This document shows, piece after piece, positions 56,836 through 64,000 of a stretch of DNA of 64,000 bases. Position 1 is the stretch's first letter. Each line of letters starts with the position of its first letter. The DNA lies in assembly GCA_964036045.1 (NCBI GenBank), contig OZ038378.1, positions 172,236,001 to 172,300,000 on the forward strand. Direction: 5' to 3'. The DNA comes from Eutreptiella sp. 'Long Island Sound 2002' (Eukaryota; Protista; Euglenida). The translations under genes and the position numbers were made by a program. Under the pieces are notes generated by a model. The model saw only the letters and a program-made list of their open reading frames with translations. It did not search any database and was not told the origin of the DNA.

Positions 56836-57979
56836 TCAAGACTGAATATTGGGACCGAGCTGGTGGGGGAGGGAACATTAGATATGAATGGTGAGGGACA
56901 TCAAGAATGATTCACACATTGATGGCTCTTGACAAAGTGAAATGCACCTGAACCCCATCACCACGAGGCCCACTTTCAAGGCTTTTTGGACTTCTCAGGG
57001 GCCAAAATGCCCCAAAATGGGCTCAAAATGGGCTCATTTCACCCTTTTGTGCACCCCAAATGGTCTACGATGAGTTTTGGAAAAATGTGTTTGTGACCCA
57101 TTTTTGACCCATTTTTGGTCCCAAAACAGCCCATTTTCAAGGCATTTTGGGATTTTTGGAGGACCCAAATGGGCCACCACAAGCTCAAAACAGTCCAAAA
57201 ACACTTGTTTTAGCGTCGCACATGGTCTAGGATCATTTTTGCGGAAAGTCATATTTTTACCCCTTTCGGACCCCGTCGACCCATTTGGGTACCCACCTGT
57301 TTGGGCTTGAGCTTGCAGCTTGCCACAGCCTAGTGGGCCTAGGTATTGGGGTCTAGGCGTCCGTTTGGGCAATTCTGAGGGGTGGAAACCACAAAACGTG
57401 GGGGGTTGCGGGTGGAGTAGGTGCCCTCGGAATCGCATTTTGAGCCATGTAGCCAAACATATGGCCTATTCTTGGTTTGTGGTTGTCGGCAGTTGGAGCT
57501 TCTGGGGGCCTTTTTGGGCCGCTTCCGCGGCATATCATGGAGTTAGAGGGCCGCAAAGAGCTCGTTGACACGGGGAAGTCAAGCGGCACGTGGAGTGTAC
57601 CCACCGTTTCCCTTCGTTTGGCCGTTTTGAATGTGTTCCAGGGCATTTTTGGCCCAAAAATGGCTGTTTTTGGCCCTAAACTGCAGTTTCTGAAACTGAG
57701 GTCCGCCACTTGCGAATCCCGTTCCCGGCCGCCACCGTTGAGTTTCTTGCTCAAACTTTGTGTGATTGTACTTCACACCCATAGGTATCATGCACCAAAA
57801 TTTCACCCGAATCTGAAGCACCACGACGGAAATCTGATTTTTACCCATTTCGCGCGTGCTGCTGCTTGCTGCTTGCTGCTGCTGCTTGCTGCTTGCTGCT
57901 GCTGCTGCTAAACCTGGTAGGTCCACCCTAGACACTAAAAAGGGTTATAAAACCAAGACTGGTTCCACCAGCTCGGTGA
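56836..57979 (-). mobile_element. Telomeric-repeat-flanked element, copy A4 (full length, reverse)
   Basis: The reverse complement has the same termini as A1; flanked by (CCCTAA)5 at 56806-56835 and a degenerate CCCTAR tract at 57980-58032. Confidence 0.78.
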
Positions 57980-58348
57980 CCCTAGCCCTAACCCTAACCC
58001 TAGCCCTGCCCCTAGCCCTAGCTCTCACCCTAGGCTCGGGTTAGAATGAGTGTTGGGGTCCAAAATGGAGAGCAATGATGTGGCAAACGCAGCCATGAAC
58101 GAAATTTGGGGGATCTTTTGCAGCCCAATCAACATGGCTGGCATGGCCAAACCAACTGGCTGCAAAGGTTAGGGTTAGGTTTATGGTGATGGTATGGTTA
58201 GAGGGAGGGCAAGGGGAGGTAAGGGGAGCGTGTGCCCCCCCCCCCCCCACCACCCCAAATCTCCCCACCTGGACCCCCCCCCCCCAACCGACCCTCCCAA
58301 CCGCCCCGCCCCCCTCGCCCCTCCCTGAACCCCCCCCCCCCCTTCCAA

Positions 58349-58382
<34 letters not shown>

Positions 58383-58785
58383 TGGGGGCCTTCGGCCCAC
58401 TTCTACTGGGGGGGGGAGTCGCGTACAGAAGCGAGGAGACGTCCCCCCCGTGAGATTCACATTCCGGCCGCCCTCGTTAGTGGCCCTGAAGCAACCGGGT
58501 CACACCCGTACCGCAGTGAACCGCCCCAGTGCTGCAGGCGGGAGTCTTCCAGAGCGCTTTGACACTTGACGAGGCCCAGGTCTTTGGTTTTTGGAGAAAC
58601 CTTTGTAAAAACTCACATGTTTTGTGCCGGGTTGTGCACACTGGCCTTGTCCGACCGCTGCTGTGGTAACGCCACAGACTTGCTTCGGTCTTCACCATCT
58701 GCCCAGCCGTCGCTGTTTTGGAAAGGTGCACCTCCAACCCCCCACACGAGCCCCAGCGGCACCAAGGTAGCACCTGATTGCACCG

Positions 58786-58822
<37 letters not shown>

Positions 58823-58834
58823 GAGGACAGCACA

Positions 58835-61126
58835 CTATGTAAGCAGTCGCCAGCCTGCCCAGAAGCCAGCGATGACCAGTCGGCCAAGCGGCTCCGCAAG
58901 AGCCCCTGGGTGCATGGGCAGGCCGCTCTGGAGAACACCTGGATACGCGGCGCTGGGAGATTCTGACCAAAGGCAGGGGGGCGGGCGCGTTAAGGGTGGT
59001 CGGCTGCTACCTGCAGGCAAGCAGGCCATGATGCGGATACCTGTCGTCATCCCTAACCCCTCAAGCACGCCAATGCTGGTCTCCCTCCTGAATACGAGAT
59101 ACACCGGGTGGGGTGCGGGTGGGCGACGGCAGGCTTGAGGCAGGCTCTAACCCGCTAACCCTGTCCCTTCCCCTTCGCATTAGCGTCCAGGACCTTAATA
59201 GGTAGATGCCCTCCTAAATACAATACCCCCCCCCCCCCCACACACATGCACGCACGCAAGATGAAGGCAATCTGAGCACCCACCCTTAGAGCAACAGGAC
59301 ACAGGAAGGCAAGGGGCAGTGAACTTCGTGTCAGGCCCAATACACAAAGAACAAAGAATACGCCATGTCGCTCGGGCAAGGCGCTGTCCTTCGAAAGTGA
59401 AACCCCCTGCCCACGCCCACATAGCAGGCACCTTCACAGACCTGTGTCATGGCAGCGGCTTTTCTGTGAAGGCAAACGCATGGAAGCAGAAACCCCGTAT
59501 CTCGTGGAGCCATGGCGGACCATCGGTTACGGGACAGGCTGCAGATAACCAGCAACATCCCGCAGGTTTTGGGCACCTGCCACGCCAACAAACGGTTACC
59601 GGGCAGCGGACCGGACAACAGAAGGAGTGTGAGAGCTTTGGTGCCGACGTCTCATGTCCACGGAAACGATTGAGATGTTTCAGAGGCTCCGGTCCGACGC
59701 CAAGCGACTCCATCAGTGTGTACAGCGGGGGGCCCAGAGGGAGGCCTGGTGTGGGTTTGGGGCACGTGCAGGACACACACGAACACACCAACTGCATTGA
59801 CCTGAACCCGGTTTTTCGATTTTCGCATCGCAGCCCCAACCTCAACGCTACCCATTGACCCGGACCTTTCATCCGGATTTGACCCGGATCTTTTCTCTGA
59901 AGTCTCGATTTCTGTTAGAAATAGTTTTTCGTGTCCTTTGTTTACCGCTCGATTTGTTTCTGTTGTGACCATTTGTCCATTTAATTTTTCAATTCGGTTG
60001 TGCAAAGACCAACCAGTTTCCTGGTCTTTTGCCTAGTTCCCTTCGAGTATGGACGTCTATGTGCTGCATGTTTGTGTACAACACACGGGACTCAACAATC
60101 ACAATGTTCAATAGGGAACTTTTTGACATGGGAGGCTCTTCGAGATGCCTTGCCGAAGGCAACAGAATTTTGCAGAAAACTTCTTTCGGGTCATTTTTGG
60201 TACACGAAGCCTGCCTGAGCTCCAGGAGCTGCTTCTCAGTGATTAACAAGGCTTGACGGCTCTTCACCACTGCTGTGCCAGGGCGACCACTGTGCCATGG
60301 CCACCAATGTGCCGCGGCAACCTTTCCGCTCGTTTCACACCTCCAGCGCAACAGAGCTCCATGCGGTGCCGTGTTCCTAAACACAGCATTGCAGGGGGGC
60401 TCACCCCATCCTCGCCCTCAAGCCGCTTTGGCTGTTTTGAAAACGTTCCTCTGCACGGCGCACTTGCCAAAGAGCAGTAGAATTTCTAACCGCACGAGCA
60501 AACAAGCTGTACCCGGCACGCAAAGCAAATCTATGGGTGCCAGACCCCTGACTTTGGGCTGTGGTCAACGATTTATGGCATGCTTACCAACTTGATGAGC
60601 CCCCTGCATTCCGGTCGCACATGATGTGCATCAACAGCTTATTAATTTGCTGTCCCAAATGACCAGATGTTTATCTCTGTCCGGCCTCGGCCTAATGGAC
60701 AGCATGCGTGGCAGGACAATCTCTCTTGCCTTGTTCTAGCCCCTGTAGAACCATAGAGAAGTATTCCTCACTCTTGCCGGTGCTTACAATCCACATGACA
60801 TGTTACTGCTCGTTGCTTTTTCGTGCCCGTGTGCTCCTACCGTTCCTTTGCGCTGTATCCACAGTACCCCTGGGGGACCTGCTCATGAATTTGCCACGCT
60901 AGCATCCCCCATCACGCTGCGTACAAGTTGCCTGGTCCGCACACCTGTACCCTCACTCTGGTTGACTGCACCAGTCCAGGGCTGTTGCCTCCCCTTGCAT
61001 GGGCAGTTGGCGTGACTTCATGGTTGCAAAATGCCGCCTGCAAGCAGACACGATTTTGCAGGATGCAGGATAATACAACGATTCATTTGAAGGCAACAAT
61101 CGACCGCCAGAGAGAGACACAGACAC

Positions 61127-61197
<71 letters not shown>

Positions 61198-62556
61198 TGG
61201 GGGGGAAATTGCGTAAAAAATGCAGCCGATGAGGCAGTGTAATGGAAACTATTTTGGAAATCTGCAGAACAAGTGCTTTCCAAAGATCCATTGATTTGGG
61301 ATCTGTGGGGTGGTTGTCATCAAATTATTTTTTGGGTGCAAGTAGTGGGGCATCATGGCACACATCACGATGTCATTTGCAGGGACATTATCCTTGAGCT
61401 TTCCCAAGTCGTGCAGCCTGGCACCCTGTGATCAAAGGCATGGCACAGCCCATCAGTTGTGAGCTGGGGGGGGGGGGGGATGACGGTCCACAATTTACCG
61501 CAATTTACCGCAATTTTACCGCAATTTTTTAATAATGCCTCTATTCAAAAATTTCAGTTTTCCCCTGAGGAATATTCTTTCCCTCCCTTTGCTGTTACTA
61601 GGCCACTGTTCGTTGATGTGTTCTCATCTGTCCTGCATGTCATTTATGTGTCCACTTCTGGGGACAGTGATTCCGGCAATGGTAAAAGGCCAGTGAAACG
61701 TGGCAAAGGACAGGGTGGCCAAAAGGCACGCTATGCCACACAGATTTGGCCTGCAGCACATGTCCACATTGTCCACGATATGGAGTATGCTTCATCAACC
61801 GTACTTTGTATGAAAATTTCAAAATACATTCATGGCCCATTATAATGGTGACGTGGAAGGATGGTTGGATTAGCTGCTTGTGCTGAAAGCTCTGGTGCAG
61901 CGTGCATGCTATGTGCTGAAAGCCTCACTATCCTACCAATTGGGTGCATAATTGGTCAAAAAAACCTTTTTGCAAAAAGCCCTGTGCTCCACTGCTGCTC
62001 ATGGCTGGCATAGAGTCTGGGGACCAAAAAGCAATGTACCGCAATTTACCGCAATTTTACCGCAATTTACCAAAATTTTACCGCAATTTTTTCAGGCTTG
62101 GGGGACCGCAATCCCCCCCCCCCCCCCGTGTGAGGTGGATGTTCCTCCACTTGAGAGTCTTTTTTGCCAAGGAATGGACATATCCAAGCCAGGCGAGACC
62201 TACCTTTAGTGCAGAACAGGTCAAGACTGCTCCTCCCACCTCATCTTCTCATCACGAATGACAGTATCTTGTTGACATGAAGGAGATGTGAGCAACCCCC
62301 AGATCCATCTAAATAGACACTTGCAGGATTTTGTGGTGTCCGTGACCTCACAATTTCCCACGCATTTGCACAGCCCGTCACACTGCAAAAATGCCGTGTG
62401 GTCTTGCGCTGATGACACGGTGCCCAAATTGCCGGGCGTTTTCAGGTGCAGCCTTCCGGCCAGAACGGAGGTATTGCAATAATGCGCCCGCCAGTGATAG
62501 ATGATGAATGCTTTGTATGTGGCCCAGTCCTGCTCCGAAAGGGACTGCGCTACCAT
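58835..62556 (-). CDS. Gene 5 (tentative): multi-exon gene of unknown function
   Basis: Several protein-like segments bounded by AG/GT on the minus strand: MVAQSLSEQDWATYKAFIIYHWRAHY (from 62556), GARLHDLGKLKDNVPANDI (~61420), QINKLLMHIMCDRN (~60650, donor GTAAGC), VKSRQALLITEKQLLELRQ (~60270), AKDQETGWSLHNRIEKLNGQMVTT (~60040), GPPLYTLMESLGVGPEPLKHL (~59740). I could not close a single phase-consistent chain, and some + strand frames are also open here. Confidence 0.33.
61110..61195. repeat. (GA)n microsatellite
   Basis: Seen directly. Confidence 0.95.
61466..62127. mobile_element. MITE-like element with G/C-run termini and CGCAATTT(T)AC subrepeats
   Basis: Left end G-run ATGACGGTCC versus the reverse complement of the right end, G-run ATTGCGGTCC; subrepeat arrays at 61490-61530 and 62035-62095; a partial relative at 17590-17720. 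Confidence 0.6.
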
Positions 62557-62905
62557 TCAATACCGTTCAATGGTGGTCAGAAAGAGCGCAATGAAACATG
62601 AAATGGGGAACTCGACCGAAACCAGAGCTGTGCTTAAAGCAGAGGAGTTTCAGGCGTGGTGGCAAAAGCGGGGAGATTTGGAAAAGCGGTTGGGGACAGA
62701 AGCGGGGCGGGCCGGTTGGAGGGCGGTTGGGGACGGACGGATGGTAAATCCCGAAGGGAGGGGTGGTGCACCTTCCAGCACAGGCCTGCGCATCCAAACT
62801 CTTTTTTTTCCCCCAGACTGCTGCAAGCCTGGTGCTTGGGCACCGCTCTTCGGTGGTTGCACCCTGTTTCGCAGGGTCAGCCCTGAGAGGGTGGCCGAAC
62901 ATCGC

Positions 62906-63343
62906 ATGCAGGGCACCCTCTGCGCCAGCGTCACCGCTCGGCTCCTTCGCGAATCCAAGTTCCTGGCCTTGCTCTGCGCCACGACTGTGCTCTCGACGCT
63001 TCTGTTGCTGGGCTACGGCGACGACCCGGACGCAGCCCCACTTGTGCACTGGAATTCCATGGTGTGCTGCCTGTGCGCGCATGTCCCACGTAAACCCTTT
63101 AAAAGCCTTCCCCCCTTCTCCCCTGCCCAAACATTTGTCCAAACGTTGGTGCCAGACGGTCTTCTGCCACATCTTCCGACCAGTGTACACGAGCACGCCT
63201 ACGGGCACGAAAATGACAAGGACAAAGCCAAGGCTAAGGACAAAGACAGTGACAAAGACATGGACAAGGACAAGGATCAAGAGAAGGACAAGACCCCTCC
63301 CTCTCGGGCAAAATGTGCTGCAAAGGAAGTCGTCGGCTGTTGA
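62906..63343 (+). CDS. Gene 6 (5' part): probable type II membrane protein with an N-terminal signal anchor; likely continues past this point
   Basis: Exon 62906-63061 encodes MQGTLCASVTARLLRESKFLALLCATTVLSTLLLLGYGDDPDAAPLVHWNSM, with donor GTGTGC and an upstream acceptor TTTCGCAG at 62874. A D/K-rich or T/R-rich stem follows at 63156-63340; its frame is unresolved. Confidence 0.5.
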   Translation: MQGTLCASVTARLLRESKFLALLCATTVLSTLLLLGYGDDPDAAPLVHWNSMVCCLCAHVPRKPFKSLPPFSPAQTFVQTLVPDGLLPHLPTSVHEHAYGHENDKDKAKAKDKDSDKDMDKDKDQEKDKTPPSRAKCAAKEVVGC

Positions 63344-64000
63344 TTGGTATCCGCCGCTTGTGGGGCGTGTCTGGGGGGGGGGGGGGGGGGGGCAAAAGCG
63401 AATCCGGCCCTTACAAACCGTCGTGGATCAAAAGGGTGCCAAATTTTCACCCGTTGATCGTCCCCCAAATCCGACGGCGAAATGCAAGTGACAGCAAAGA
63501 ACAGCGATCCGCATTTTACCAGACTCATGTCCCGATGACACACGGCGAAGAACAGGACAGACGGTACTACGTCCCCGCCCCCCTGCGCAAACAACGGCAC
63601 GGGCAGCAAAAGTAGCGGAAACAACAGCCCGCGTTGTTGGGACTGGACGGCCTGAAGGAACAGCAGAGCGAACGAATGCCATTCCCAACCGACCATTTCA
63701 GCCAAGCCTGTAGAAGGAGCACTCCATAATTCTCTGTTACAAACGGCGGCCTTACAACACCGAAGAGAGAAGGGTTCGTAACAAGCCCTAGCGGCAAACA
63801 GAAACAGAACAGATCCCAGCCTGCAAACCGCACCATTCCTATTACACCGAGTGACGTTTGGACAGGGCGGGGTTTGCACAAAATGGGAGTTGGGGGGGGG
63901 GGGGGAAGTTTGCTCAAATTCCCACGACAATTCTTCCCGTCATAACTGTCCCTGTGTTCGCGCGATGACCTTTCTGCAGAGTGTAGTGATTCCTGATGCC

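Larger units (their letters stand above)
56540..58452. mobile_element. Non-autonomous hAT-like TIR element (copy 2) carrying a nested telomeric-repeat element
   Basis: TIRs CACGGGGGGGACGTCTCCTCG...GTACGCGACTC and GAGTCGCGTAC...CGAGGAGACGTCCCCCCCGTG; perfect 8-bp TSD AGATTCAC at 56532-56539 and 58453-58460; both arms are homologous to copy 1. Confidence 0.88.

Noticed and set aside
59860-60010. LINE ORF2-like linker (IEKLNGQMVTT...HEKLF)
   Set aside because: No RT or endonuclease motifs lie nearby, and the segment has a usable splice acceptor, so it is treated as a candidate exon of gene 5.

Overview
Eukaryotic nuclear DNA (about 50% GC), rich in introns and repeats, with vertebrate-type TTAGGG repeats. 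The lineage is probably a flagellated protist; euglenid-like is an impression, not shown. Most ORFs in the supplied track are artefacts of microsatellites or GC-rich sequence. Chaining GT-AG exons by hand in consistent phase gives up to six genes: (1) the 3' part of a + strand coiled-coil gene (1-17104); (2) a + strand gene of unknown function with an SH3-like exon (20491-31116); (3) a - strand gene of unknown function (43244-39190); (4) a + strand, 10-exon, about 785-aa coiled-coil gene resembling CEP83/CCDC41 (43410-55342), head-to-head with gene 3; (5) a weakly supported - strand gene (about 62556-58835); (6) the start of a + strand gene with an N-terminal signal anchor (62906 onward). Introns and intergenic DNA contain decayed LINE-like remnants, MITEs and several dispersed minisatellite families. 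The most unusual structure occurs at two intergenic loci (17855-20274 and 56540-58452). Each is a non-autonomous TIR element with a perfect 8-bp target-site duplication (hAT-like). Inside each is a second, 1.1-1.3 kb non-coding element family that sits in the same register between telomeric repeats (TTAGGG|TCACC...CTTGA|TTAGGG). A decayed J-domain ORF lies antisense in a CEP83-like intron. No CRISPR array, rRNA or tRNA was recognised. All gene models are manual and lack transcript support.
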